This document shows, in pieces, positions 24,939 to 38,386 of a stretch of DNA of 64,000 nt. This DNA comes from Octopus vulgaris (taxonomy: Eukaryota): NCBI GenBank assembly GCA_951406725.2, contig OX597840.1, positions 15,128,001 through 15,192,000 of the forward strand, in the 5' to 3' direction. Each line of letters opens with the position of its first letter. Position 1 is the first letter of the stretch. The notes under the pieces were generated by a model. The model made no database searches. It was given only the letters and a program-made list of their open reading frames with translations, and was not told the DNA's origin. Made by a program: the position numbers and the translations under genes.

Positions 24939-26212
24939 CATACATATACATACATATACAGTACATGTACATACTTATCTATATCTATATATACACACAA
25001 GCACACATACACACACACACACACACACACGCGCATATAAATATAATGACACATACACATGTATAGTAAGGCAGGGAAATATGAGACAACTAGTGATCTT
25101 CTGCTCCAGTGAAAAGTAATACAAGTAACAAAACTGTGTAATAGGAGAGGTAGAAAGCCTACTTTGTGTGTATGCATACACGTATCTATGTATGCATGTA
25201 TGTATGTTTGTGTGTGTGTGTGTATATATGTGTGTGTGTGTGTGGTTGTACAAATCTGCTCTCGGTATTAAAAGTGGTGCCATTAAATTTCTTTGCATTG
25301 TTTTTATAGCAACATTTCTTTAGCTTTATGGGTAAATAATACACACACACATACACACACACACATGCACACAAATACATATATATATATATAGATACAC
25401 ATAAGCATACATAGACATATATACATCATATATTCGTGTGTGTGTGTGTGCACGTGTATGTGTGTGTGTGTGTAGTTAGATAGTTAGATAGACAGACAGA
25501 TAAATAGATAGATATGGATGGATGGATAGATAGACAGGCAGCTAGGTGGATAAATAGACAGACAGATAAATAGATGTGGATGGATATATTGATAGATAGA
25601 TAGACAGACAGTTAGATTGATAGATAGACAGCTAGATGGATAGATAGACTGAGAGACATACAGACAGAAAGACAGAAAGAATGGTCTGTCTAATCATTGT
25701 AGATCTCACAACATAAAGGGATGTAACTTGATGCTGCAATGCATCATGTCTGGTATTGTACTGGATTCTGTTAACACGCATCCGTTGATTATGATGGTAA
25801 TGATAATAATGGTTTCAGATTTTGGCACTGAGCCAGCAGCTCTTTGAGAAAAGGAGGAAATCAATTACATTGACCCCCACTTCTCAACTGATACTTATTT
25901 TCTAAACCCCAAAAGGATGAAAGGCAAAAACGACCTCAGCACAATTCGAACTCAGGTGAGGGTGGATAATATGCTGTTAAGCATCTTTTCTGGTGTGCAA
26001 ATGATTTAGCCAGTTCACTGCCTAAACAACAACAACAACAATAATAATAATAATAATAACAACAATAATAATAATATTGTGTAGAGTCCTGTCTGAGGTC
26101 CTTGTTGTGACTTGACAGGCAGGACAAAACCCCAGAAGACACAATATCTTCAATCAACAGCCTCACAATATTGGATACTGAGCAAGTCTCCAATAATAAT
26201 GATAATAATAAT

Positions 26213-26606
26213 CTCTTTTACTTGTTTCAGTCATTTGACTGTGGCCATGCTGGAGCACCACCTTTAGTCGAGCAAATTGACACCAGGACTTATTCTTTGT
26301 AAGCCTAGTACTTATTCTATTGGTCTCTTTTGCCGAACCACTAAGTTATGGGGACGTAAACACACCAGCATCGGTTGTCAAGCGATGTTGGGGGGACAAA
26401 CTCAGACACACAAATATATACACACACACATGCATATATATATACATATATACGACAGGCTTCTTTCAGTTTCTGTCTACCAAATCCACTCACAAGGCTT
26501 TGGCTGGCCTGAGGCTATTGTAGAAGACACTTGCCCAAGGTGCCATGCAGTGGGACTGAACCCGGAACCATGTGGTTGGTAAGCAAGCTACTTACCACAC
26601 AGCCTA
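26213..26606 (-). mobile_element. Full-length SINE family A
   Basis: Matches the family consensus on the minus strand. Confidence 0.9.
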
Positions 26607-26648
26607 TACTTACCAAACAGTCACTCCTACTACTAATAATAATAATAG

Positions 26649-26927
26649 TTGTGGTCACTGTAAAAGGTGGTATTAGTACCAGTAATTGTTGGAGCCCTGG
26701 GAATGGTGAGTAAAATTCTTGAGAAGTACGTGGAACAAATAGGGGCTGCAATAAGGGTGGAGCACTTGCAGAAAACAGCACTGCTTGGAATCACTTGAAT
26801 ACTCAGGATGGTACTTGAAAAATAAGGGGTGTTACCTTAGTTCACTGTAGTAAACAGCTGACACCATAGTACATCTCCTGTGTTAGAATCTGTGCAAAGA
26901 CAATAAAGTAATAATAATAATAATAAT
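26649..26927 (+). mobile_element. R4/Dong-clade LINE 3' fragment in (TAA)n
   Basis: LW..*KVVLVPVIVGALGMV...LQKTALLGIT*ILRMVLEK* matches the restriction-like endonuclease C-terminus; TAA repeats on both sides. Confidence 0.8.
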
Positions 26928-27338
26928 GGTAATTTGTTTTGCTACAAGGGCTCAAATGTGTACACTAAACGTTACAAAGAAAGAAAAAACAACTTGATGG
27001 TTGAGAAACACATTTAGAAATTATAAAGTCAGCGGGGGGAAAACGTTATATAATTTATGGAAGAATGTACATTGAAAACTTTAAAGATGTGCACAGACAT
27101 ATAGACACACATATATATAAGTATGTATATATACATATACATAAAGGTACAAACACACACACATGTAAAAAGCATCCAGTCCACACTAAATAGCATAGGG
27201 TAGTTTTTCTACCTGGCCAGCTCCTGTCAACCATCCTATCCATGCATGCATGGAAGACAAACATTAAACAATGATGATGATGATATATATATACACATAC
27301 TTACATACATATATATAAACATGCATACATACATCATA

Positions 27339-27717
27339 GCACTCTATCAGTTACAATGATGAGGGTTCCAGTTGATCCAATCACCGGAACAGCCTGTTCG
27401 TGAAATTAATGTGCAAGTGGCTAAGCACTCCACAGACACATGTACCCTTAACGTAGTTCTCGGAGAGTTTCAGTGTGACACAGTGTGTGACAAGGTTGGC
27501 CCTTTGAAATACAGGTACAACAGAAACAGGAAGAAAGAGTGAGAGAAATTTGTGGTGAAAGAATACAGCAGGGTTTGCCACCACCCACTGCTGGTGTCTG
27601 ATGGAGCTTTTGGTGTTTACGCTGAATAAACACTCACAACACCTGGTCTAGGAATCGAAACCATGATCGTATGACCACAAGTCTGCTGCCTTAATCACTG
27701 GGCCATTGCGCCTCCAC
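27339..27717 (-). mobile_element. tRNA-derived SINE family C
   Basis: Minus-strand head gtggaggcgcaatggcccagtg...ggtttcgattcc; homologous to 39555-39938. Confidence 0.88.
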
Positions 27718-28119
27718 ATACATACATATACACACAAATACATATACAACACACACACACATTTGCATGCCTATATGCATGTGTTTGCATGGAAATAAAA
27801 AATGTACAATAAAACACTCTATAATTAGAATTAAATAAAATTTTAAGAAATACGATCTGAAAGATTTTCTGGGTAAGTTGAGCTGGGTATTCTACAAAAC
27901 TGTTTGGTTAACCATTTCTCAAACTGTGTTTGAGTGCAACTGAATGCACCAGTGAGCATTTTTAAAAAAAACATTTGATATTGAAAGACACCAATGTCTT
28001 GAAGGTCTTTTTTTTAAAGTTCAGTACAGTATTTTTAAAAATTTTACTAGCTTTCTATCTTTTGCATGTTGTTTATAATCTGAACCTGTTTCATGACATC
28101 ATGACTTCTTCAGAGCATT

Positions 28120-28930
28120 TGTGGGATCATTGATGCATAATTTTCTCCATTCTGTTTCTTTGATTCTCAAAGAATTGTGAATCTTCATTCATTTTTGTCC
28201 TTGGTGTTTTCTTCATTATCTCCCTGAGAGACTTTCCTGTCACTGAAAAGAAATTGGTCCTCTTCACCTGTTCTTGTTTTATGTTGACTTCATTTTTTTC
28301 TTTGACTTTCACCTTTTTTTTATCCTTTTATATTTTCCTCTGTAATTATTATTCCTTCTTCAACACACAATGGAAGTCTGCTACTACAGGTTGGTACTCT
28401 TTGAGGATAAGGTATTTACTAATCTGTTTGTAATACTGGGCCTTAGAATATCTGTTTCACTCTTTCCTCCCCAGAGTTTTGGCAGATGTTGCCCTGGAAA
28501 CTGGTGCTTGTTGTTCTTTTTGCTGTTTTTGTTTTTGTTGTCCTCTTCTTCAGGACATTCACCTCTCAGGTGTGTTTTTCTCCAACAAATATAACAACAA
28601 AACTCTCAACCCTGCATCATCAAACCTAACCCCTTTGTCTCCTCACTTCTACTGGATGCATTTCTGGTATCGCTCCATGACCTTTGGGGGTCATTAGGAT
28701 TTGAAATTCCATTTTGATGTCCCCTGACCATATGTTACTTTTCCTTAAACCCCACTTTGACCATTTTCCCATGCTGCAACACAGAACTCACCACTAACCA
28801 TTGGTCCACGTCATGTCTAAAATCTCTTCATGTGACTCTTGTGTTCCTTTCACCCATGTAGTGGGGTACAAATGTAGAGTCAGAGGGTAGGTCGGACAAT
28901 TTCATGCTGTCTTTAGGTTTCATCTCCAGT
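28120..28930 (-). pseudogene. Decayed retroelement ORF1/gag-like relic with CCHC zinc knuckle
   Basis: Minus strand 28596-28552 reads CYICWRKTHLRGECP (CX2CX4HX4C), followed by K/E-rich low-complexity sequence; boundaries are approximate. Confidence 0.55.
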
Positions 28931-28949
28931 TTTACATCTACTATACATA

Positions 28950-29818
28950 ATCCTTTCTACTATAGGCACAAGGCCTGAAATTTGGGGGAGGGGGATAGTC
29001 AATTAGATTGACCCCAGTACGCAACTGGTACTTAATTTATCGACCCCGAAAGGATGAAAGGCAAAGTCGACCTTGGCAGAATTTGAACTCAGAACATAGT
29101 GACAGATGAAATACCGCTAAGCATTTCACCCGGCGTGCTAACGATTCTGCCAGCTCGCTGCCTTAAGCTACAATACATAATGCCATGACTTTTACTTTTC
29201 ATTGATACTGAATGTATGACAGGCAAAGTCACTCCTTGTAGGATTTGAACTCAGATGCTTTATTATTATGGCTCAAGGCCAGCAATTTTAGGGCAGGGAT
29301 AGGTCAAGTAGATCGACCCCAAAAGGATGAAATGCAAAGTTGACTCTGGTAGGATTTGAACTCAGAATGTAAAGACAGACAAATTGCTGCTACGCGTTTT
29401 GCCCATCATGCTAACAATTCTTTTCTACCCCAGGCACAAAGTCTGAAATTTTGGGGGAGGGGAGGCAGTTGATTATATTGACCACAGTAGCCAGCTGGTA
29501 CTTAATTTATTGACCCCGAAAGGATGAAAGACAAAGTTGACCTCGGCAGAATTTGAACTCAGAATGCAAAGACAGACAAAATCCACTGAGCATTTCACCC
29601 AGCATGCTAACGATTCTGCCAGCTCACCGCCTTAATAATAACAATAATAATAATCCATTCTACTCCCAGTATGCAACTGGTACTTAATTTATTGACCCCA
29701 AAAGGATGAGAGGCAAAGTTGACCTTGGCGGAATTCGAACTCAGAACATAAAGACAGATGAAATACCGCTAAGCATTTTGTCCAGTGTGCCAATGTTTCT
29801 GCCAGCCTGCTGCCTTCC
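28950..29818 (-). mobile_element. Pile-up of ~5 family B SINE copies/fragments
   Basis: Core aaggatgaaaggcaaagt and gaatttgaactcag repeated; first copy flanked by cta(c)aatacataat-like duplication. Confidence 0.85.
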
Positions 29819-30719
29819 TATGACCAAATAATTTTAAAGTTATTCAACTCGTGTTCTAATGGTTCTGACAATTTTTCACCGGAAATAATTGTTTCTTATT
29901 TAAGCTTGAAGTTTGTATCAGGGGTAACTAGCATTTTATTTTATTGACCCTTGGTTCAAAAGTGAAGTTGACCTATATTACATGTACACAGCCCTACATC
30001 ACACAACTACCACCATTACCACTACTGCACGGCACCATACACTATGCATCAAACATATGTGTACAATTACAGTCTCATGACTCCAACACTCAAGGAGGCC
30101 TCTATGTGATCACCCAATCTGCTAGAAATAGCAGCTAAATCTCAAATCACATCTTCTTCTTGGGATTCTTGGATAATGTGTGTTCTTAGTAAATATGTGA
30201 AAAAAGACAGGTTGGTCATGGTTGGACTAGCTTTTTGATCATAGATCTGTACAATCAGTACTGACTACAACACTATCACACCAACATCCTACCACAACCA
30301 TGCTACATCATATGCTTCTCATATTACACTATCGCATACACATTAAAACACTACCATACCATACTGCTACTATATCCTCAACAATACCACAACCACACTA
30401 TGCAATGCTCTATACCTACATCTAGCCACCCCATTGCCATCACCATACACTACAACAAACCACCTGACAGTGCTGCAACACCATATTGCACCACTTTACT
30501 ATCTTACAGTACTGCTACATGCACACCACTGCACATCATGACTGCACCATCGCCACCCCTGCATGCTGCATCAAGCTGCACCACCCCCATCACCACAATC
30601 ACTTACCAATCACATTTTATCTGATGTGCATCAATTAAATCACCAGTGCACATTAAATGCACCACGTCTCACTTCTCTGCACCTGATGCAGCTGCTATCA
30701 TTTCTTGCACCTTAGAAGT

Positions 30720-31705
30720 GCACTTAGAACTGTATATATGTACATGCACATTTTGTGTGCAGTTATATGCATGTGCATGTGTGTGTGCATAGTTATGTGT
30801 GTGTATAGTATTTGTGTGCGTGCATGCATAGTATTTTGTGTGTATATAGATAAGTCTGTACATAGATACATGTGTGTGTATATTTAGATGTGTGCATGTG
30901 TATGTGTGTGTGTGTAAATTTAGATATATGTGTAGTTAGATATATGTGTATGTTTGTATGTGTGTGTACATATATGTGTGTGTGTCTATAGATGTATGTG
31001 TGTTTACATCAGTGTGTGTGTGTACATACATGTGTGTGTATATTTAGATAGATGTGAGTGTATTCATAAATGTATGTATGTTTACATGAAGGTACATGTG
31101 TGTGTATATTTAGATATATGTGTGTGCGTTCACAGATGTATATGTTTACATCAATGCATATGTCTGTGTGTGTGTATATACATATATGTGTATGTATTCA
31201 TAGATGTAGTGTTTACATCAATGTATATGTGTGTGTACATATATGTGCATGAATATTTAGATATATGTGTGTATTCATAGATGTATGTGTGTTTACATCA
31301 ATATGCATGTGTGTGTGTGTGTGCATAGATTTATCTGTTTGCACATATATATGTGTGTGTGTGTATTAAGATATTTGTGTATGTATATTTAGATATGTAT
31401 GTGTGTTTGTCTGTATACACACATATATGTGTGTGTGTATTTAGATATGTGTGTGTTCATAGATATGTGTATGTGTACATCAATGTACATATATATGTGT
31501 GTGTGCATGCATATGTGTATGTATGTGTGTATAGGTGCACATATGTCTATGTATTTGAATGTGTGCATATGTTGTGGATGTAGAAACAGACATGTAGATG
31601 CACATGTGTGTGTATATGCATGTACATGTACGCACACACGTGTTTACTTATGCATGTGTATATACATTTGTATGTATGTGTATTAGGATGTGTGTGTGTG
31701 TGTGG
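30720..31705. repeat. Degenerate TG/TA-rich low-complexity tract
   Basis: Directly visible. Confidence 0.9.
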
Positions 31706-32776
31706 CAGTATATAAACTGCATTGTGCACCAAGGAGATAAAACACCGATGCATGACTGCAACTGCACAGTTTAATGAAGAATCGAAGAGACACAAAGACA
31801 GAAGGGGCGGGGGGGGGGAGATGGCGGGGAAAGGATTTATGTGGTATTAGAGTCGTTGTTGTTGTTGGTGTTGTTGTTAGTGGTGGTGGTGGTGGTGTGT
31901 AGCCCCTGCTCAGCAGATATGCGATCAAAGACATTCCAACCATGACCATCCCATCTTTTTCCTATCTTTTATTTTTTTTTATTCTTATGCTTGTTTCCCT
32001 CCATCACCATCCTCCCTGTCACCACTGTGACCACCACCACCACCACATTATCATTATTATTATTGCCACCACTATCCCCACCACCCTCCTACCATCCCAA
32101 CCAACACCCCACTTCCATCACTGTCCCTTATAATAAAGATTTATTAACAACAACAACACCATGTTGTTTCAAATCCAGAAAAAACATACTCCCCGACCCC
32201 AACCCATCCAGTGTTTGCACAACTATTGCAGACCCCCATCAATGGCATCGTTAATGGGAAACCCTTTGTTAGAATTCCACGTACACACATACACACACAC
32301 ACATGCTGTTATAAATATAACTGTCACGCTCTGACGACGTTTTATCTTGCCCTCTTCTGCCAGTAGTTACCACCGGAAACAAAAACAAACAATGAGAAGC
32401 CATCAACATCCTTAAGAGGATATTTGTTTTAAATCTCCAATACAGAACCCTTTCTATTATAGGCACAAGGCCTGAAATTTGGGTGGGGGCCGACTAGTTG
32501 ATTGCAACGACTCCAGTGTTTCACTGATAATTTATCAAACCCCGAACCTCAGGAGCATAAGTTCTCAAAGTGAGTGCTACCGACCACCCGGTGGGCATTG
32601 AGATGGTCCAGGTGGGTGCTGGTACCTTAGTGGGTGGTTGTAGGGGAGGGCAGTAGAGGAAAAGGAGATGTTGGGAGGAAGGCAGTGGACTGGAGGATGC
32701 TATGAATTTATTATAATATTATTATTGTATTGTATTTAAATTATATAATACTATATTAAATATCAAATGATTCATA

Positions 32777-33066
32777 TCATCATCATCATCATCGTTAAAC
32801 GTCCGCTTTCCATGCTAGCATGAGTTGCATGATTTGACTGAGGACTGGCAAACCAGATGGCTGCACCAGGTTCCAATCTGATCTGGCAGAGTTTCTACAA
32901 TGGATGCCCTTCCTAATGCCAACCATTCCAAGAGTGTAGTGGATGCTTTTACGTGCCACCAGCACAAGGGCCAGTCAGGCAGTACTACACTCAAATGGTG
33001 TTTTTACATGCCACCTGCACAGGAGCTAGTCCAGTGGCACTGGCAACGACCTCGCTCAAATGTTTT
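32777..33066 (-). mobile_element. (GAT)n-tailed retroposon (family E, RTE-like tail)
   Basis: ggaagggcatcc...gcatggaaagcggacgtttaacgatgatgat on the minus strand; other copies at 1-80, 45876-46320 and 51805-52068. Confidence 0.75.
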
Positions 33067-33074
33067 AGTAAAAT

Positions 33075-33236
33075 GTGGCTGTGTGGTAAGTAGCTTGCTA
33101 ACCAACCACATGGTTCCGGGTTCAGTCCCACTGCGTGGCATCTTGGGCAAGTTTTTTCTGCTCTAGCCCCGGGCCGACCAATGCCTTGTGAGTGGATTTG
33201 GTAGACGGAAACTGAAAGAAGCCTGTCGTATACGTG

Positions 33237-33271
<35 letters not shown>

Positions 33272-33489
33272 ATGTGTTTGTGTGTCTGTGTTTGTCCCCC
33301 TAGCATTGCTTGACAACCGATGCCGGTGTGTTTACGTCCCCGTAACTTAGCGGTTCGGCAAAAGAGACCGATAGAATAAGTACTGGGCTTACAAAGAATA
33401 AGTCCCGGGGTCGATTTACTTGACTAAAAGGCGGTGCTCCAGCATGGCCGCGGTCAAATGACTGAAACAAGTAAAAGAGTAAAAGAGAG
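33075..33489 (+). mobile_element. Young SINE family A
   Basis: Near-consensus copy retaining CpGs. Confidence 0.92.
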
Positions 33490-35230
33490 TACATAAAAAT
33501 AAGGGTGGGGGCGCTAGGAGTATTATGTGGCTATGAGGGGGGCGGTGGCCCAAAAAGTTTGAGAACCTCTGCTCAGGAGGATCATCGCATTTAGAAGCGT
33601 TGGGTAACTGATAGTCTTTCATTCGGTGTTTGGCACCAGCCATATTCTGGAGGGTCACTTTGAAAAGAATCAGCTCCAAGATGCCTTTCAACACAAGTGT
33701 AGAATAAGACACACGTTGTGGTGTTCGTTGTAGTTCTCTTCATTGTGAATTCAAATCCTGCTGAAGTCAACATTGTCTTTTAAGCTCTCAGGTTCAATAA
33801 AATAAAGTTACCGACCCAGGGTGTTTTACTGGTGGCTTGTTTGAGTATCAGACATGATGTCTTGTGTGTCATATTTTAATTTTGGCTTTTTGATTCCTGA
33901 AAGAAGTCAAAGAGGTGACGGTGGACAGAGATTGTTATACTCAAGAAAACCTACCCACCACAACAGGATTGAGATCCTAGAACCAAGGTGCCACATAAAA
34001 AGCATTAGTGTGGTTGCTGGTGTCATGTAAAAAACATTGGTGATGATAGCACGAATAAAGCATCCACTACACTCTGTAAAGTGGTTGGCATTAGGAAGGG
34101 CATTCAGCTATAGAAACCAAACCAAAACCAGACTATGGAAACTGGGAACCTGATGTGGTCCCTCACCTTACCAGTACCTGTCAAGCTGTCAGTTCATGAT
34201 GATGAAATTCTTGGGGAAATAGACACAGCAGAAAGAAGTTGTTGTTGTTATTGATGGTGATAGCAATGATTTTCCATGCTTGCTCGGGTCATATAGTGTT
34301 TACTGAGGCAGATTTTCTACACCTACAATGCCCTTCCTGTCACCAACCTTTGATTCCAAGCAAGATAATATTTCCTCCATGGCCAGGCTTGTTCTCACAG
34401 AATATTGGAAAGGAATGACACTGCTTCTATAACAGTGACTCTCATTTGCAACTATCACATGATATGAAGACACGTATGTATGTGTATGTGTATGTGTGTA
34501 TGTGTGTGACACAATACTGGATGTTTCCATTTCAGATTGTGTCCAGTTCCCATTGTCCTTCTCAAATCAATTCCATTCCCAAGAATTGACCAAACACTGT
34601 AGAAAACAAAGATGTGTGTCTGAGGTGCTGTGCAATGGTATTAAACCTGAGATCTTATGATTGCAAAGTATATACACACATATAGGCAGTGAGCTGTCAG
34701 AATCATTAGCACACTGAACGACATGCTTTGCAGCATTTCATATAGCTTCAATATTCTGAGTTCAAATCCCACCAAAGTTGACATCATCTTTTCATCGTTT
34801 TGGGGTTGATAAAATAAGTACCAGTTGTGTACTGGGACTGATGTAAACAACTTAATCCCTCACCCCAAATTACTGGCCTTCTACCAAAATTTCAATCCAA
34901 GAGTGTCTATCAAAGGAGCAGATACAGAGAATAAATGATAAAGAGAGAAAGAGAGAGAGAGAGAGAGACAGTGAAAGAAAGAGGGAGGGAAAAGATGTAG
35001 AGAGAGAGGGAGTGAGAAACTATAAAGTGCAAAGCTGTTACCTGTGTCTATCACTCACCGAACCAATATTACACCATGGACATTGCACTCATGTGTATGT
35101 GTGTGCCTGTGTTTATGTTTCTGTGTATATTTATATATATTTGTGTGTGTTTATGTATATGCATGTGTATGTGTGTGTGAGTATGTATGTGCATATGCTT
35201 GAATCTGTGTCTATGTGTATACGTATACAT

Positions 35231-35272
<42 letters not shown>

Positions 35273-35885
35273 AATAAATATATATACACACATACACACA
35301 TATATATATATGTATCTGTTCTTTGTCCTCATGGTTTGGTTTGGAAGATGCCAATTCCTAAAGTGGGAGGGGCTGTCCTTGATGACTTGAGGCCTGCTGG
35401 TGGCTGGCGACACCAATTACAGGAAACACATGTTGTATGGCCGGCTCATAGTTCTTCCTCCATCACCTTTTGTACTCAAAGAAGTATGTGTATACACACA
35501 CACTCACATATATATGCATATGTGTGTATGCATACCTGTGTGTGTGTGTGTGTGTTTTATAATTATGGCTAAAGTCGTTACAACGTATAATTATAAGGAG
35601 TTATTGAAACATTAAGTGAGAAAGTCATCAATACATGAGGTATGGAGACAGGGAGATTAATTTTATTGAGTCATTTCGGACCTTTTGTTTGTAAATACAC
35701 ACACACATGCACACGTGCACACGCATATATGCATATGTTGCGTCTTTCTCATTTATGTACATATACATGTGTGCACGCACAGCCATGTGCCTGTACATGC
35801 ATATGTCTACGTATGTGTTTATATTTATATATCTATATAAATATACACACATGCATATGTGTGTGTGCATGAGCATGTATGCATA

Positions 35886-35930
<45 letters not shown>

Positions 35931-37507
35931 GTATATATATGTATATATATATGTATACATATGTATAAGTGTACATATATGTAAATATACATTTTGTGTA
36001 TACTCTATACATACACATAAATGAAGGTCTCTTTCTTTTGTTATCTTACCGTTTTTACCAATATATATATATTTAGATATATAAATATATAAATACAGAG
36101 AGAGAGAGAGAGAGAGAGATTGAGAGAGAGCGATAGATATAGATTTATATATGTACATACATATATATATATGTATATGTGTGTATATATATATGTATAT
36201 GTGTGCATATGCATATATATATATATACATGCATACATGCATACATATATACATATATATATATATTTACAGAGAGAGAGAGAGAGAGGAATACATATAA
36301 ATATATGTGTGTGTGTGTGTGTGTGCGCGTATATATATATATGAATATATGTACACACACGATGTGTACCTACCTGCATACCTGTCCGGTCTACCTCTGT
36401 ACACCCCATGTCCATTACTATTCATGTCTGACACCCATGTTTACACTACATGTGGACACAGCACAGTTTGCTGAGTGTGTCACATGCTTCTACCCCTCCC
36501 CTTCTCCCTTTGCCCCCTCCCTCCCCCTCTCCCTTTGCTCCCCCTCCCTCCCTTTATCTGCATTTACGATCAGTCCCTCCTCACACTGCACCCAGCCTCC
36601 TCCCCACCACAGCCACCTCACCTCACCACACGTCGCCATGGTTACCGTCAACAAGAGTCAGGCTGATGGAAAATGCATTGCTCACTGGTCATTGCAGCCA
36701 TGCCTCTCTTCCTCTCTCTCTCTCTCTCTCTCTCTCTCACCGCCACCATCACCTCCACCATCATCTCCATCCTCACCACCATTATCATCATTATCCTCAT
36801 CATCATCATCGTCTGCATTTGTAAACTTCACTACCTTTACCTTAATCATTGCTGGTAATCCCAGCGTCAGCTTCATCCTCTTCTCCATCACCATCCTCCT
36901 TGCCTCCATCATCGCCACCACCTCCACCATTACATCTTTACCATCTTCCCCACCACCACCACCACCACCATTTTCATTGCTATCATTAACAGTACCACCA
37001 CCACCATTGCTAGTATCACTACCATCATCATCATCATCAGCAGCAGCAGCTCTGGCTATTCCATTGTTAGTGTTGATTTGTTTAGCCCCAGGTGAAACCC
37101 TGACTGAGCTAACCTGTGATACAAAAGGTATTCCAACCACGGCCATCCCATCTTTTGTTTCAAGTGTTGTGTATCTTTGTCTATATTATCCTGTGTATCC
37201 TATTTTTAAAGGGTTGTGTGTGATTTAAGGGGGATTTGACTGCTATTTCTGGTACATCAGACTTTCATGTACAGACTGCATTATTATTTTTGTTGCTTCA
37301 GCTGTTGTTTAGCCCTAGGTCAGCTCTGAGCCAGTTGACCTTTTGGTCAAAGATGATCATCTTTTTTAAGGGTAACTAGAACCAGTGTTTCCATATTTAA
37401 AACTGTAGGCTATGAGTTGTGGGATATTTGACTGTTATTTCTAGCCAGTCTTCCTTGCTGTTGTTACTGTCTTTGTTGTAACTGCAGATGATGCTGATGC
37501 TGTTGTT

Positions 37508-37780
37508 TTGGCAGAATCATTAGCATACTGGATGAAATGCTTAGCTTTGAAACACTACGTTCTGAGTTCAAATTCAGCCAACGTCAACTTTACCTTTCAT
37601 CTTTTCGGGGTCAATAAATTAAGTACCAGTTGTGTAAGTTTGGACCCCTCCCCCAAAATTTCAGGCCTTGTGTCTAGAGTAGAAAAGAAGAAAGTAAGTA
37701 CCAGTTGTTTACTGGGGTTGATCTAATCGACTAGTCCTCTCCCACCAGATTTGAGACCTTATGCACCCAGTAGAAAGGAC

Positions 37781-37811
<31 letters not shown>

Positions 37812-38142
37812 TTTATTATTTTTGAGGTGGCAAGCTGGCAGAATCGTTAGCATGCCAGGCAAATGCCTAGCAGCATTTTGTCCATCTTAACATTCTGAGT
37901 TCAAATCCTGCTGAAGTTGACTTTGCCTTTCATCCTTTTGGTGGGGGTGGGGTTGATATGATTGTCTTAGCCCCAGCTCTGCAAAATTACTGGTGTTGTG
38001 TCAAAATTTGAAACCATTATTAGTTCAAATTCTACTGAGGTTGACTTTGGCTTTCATCCTTTAGGGGTTGAGTACTGGGGTTGATGTAATAAACTAACCC
38101 CCTTCCCTGAAATTACAGGCCTTGTGCCTATAGTAGAAAGGA

Positions 38143-38145
<3 letters not shown>
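37508..38145 (+). mobile_element. Cluster of family B SINEs with (TTA)n tails
   Basis: Heads at about 37508 and 37825; repeated ggccttgtg..tagtagaaag tails. Confidence 0.8.
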
Positions 38146-38187
<42 letters not shown>

Positions 38188-38190
<3 letters not shown>

Positions 38191-38386
38191 GTTTGACTTT
38201 TGCTTTACATTTGCACAAGCTGGCTCCAAGTCTCACCCAGAGATTTCAAGATACAACTAGTTGGAAGTTCATGTTTGTGTTATTGCCTAGGGTGCCATAT
38301 ATTTGGTTTCGTACTTAGTGTTGTACTAGTGAATGCCTAAAAAAACCATATGAAAATTATGTTTGTTTTAAAACTTGAGATTACAT
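38188..38386 (-). mobile_element. Probable R4/Dong-type 3' UTR fragment in (TAA)n
   Basis: Unique 200-bp insert bounded on both sides by TTA repeats; family assignment is inferred from target preference only. Confidence 0.4.

Larger units (their letters stand above)
32556..33571. mobile_element. hAT-type MITE carrying two nested retroposons
   Basis: 8-bp TSD ctcaggag (32548-32555, 33572-33579); ends cataagttctcaaa / tttgagaacctctg. Confidence 0.8.

Noticed and set aside
28078-28116. Possible further hammerhead on the minus strand (CTGAAGA...GAAACAGGTT)
   Set aside because: Helices I and II pair poorly and there is no recognisable PLE context; could be chance.
33580-33705. Possible exon or transposase relic (DPPEYGW on the minus strand)
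   Set aside because: Too short to assign; no convincing splice sites.
35320-35480. Unique GC-balanced island, possible exon
   Set aside because: No recognisable protein motif or clear splice pair.
36179-37228. 349-aa Ser/Pro-rich ORF
   Set aside because: Concatenated microsatellites ending in a dispersed repeat; no domain signal.
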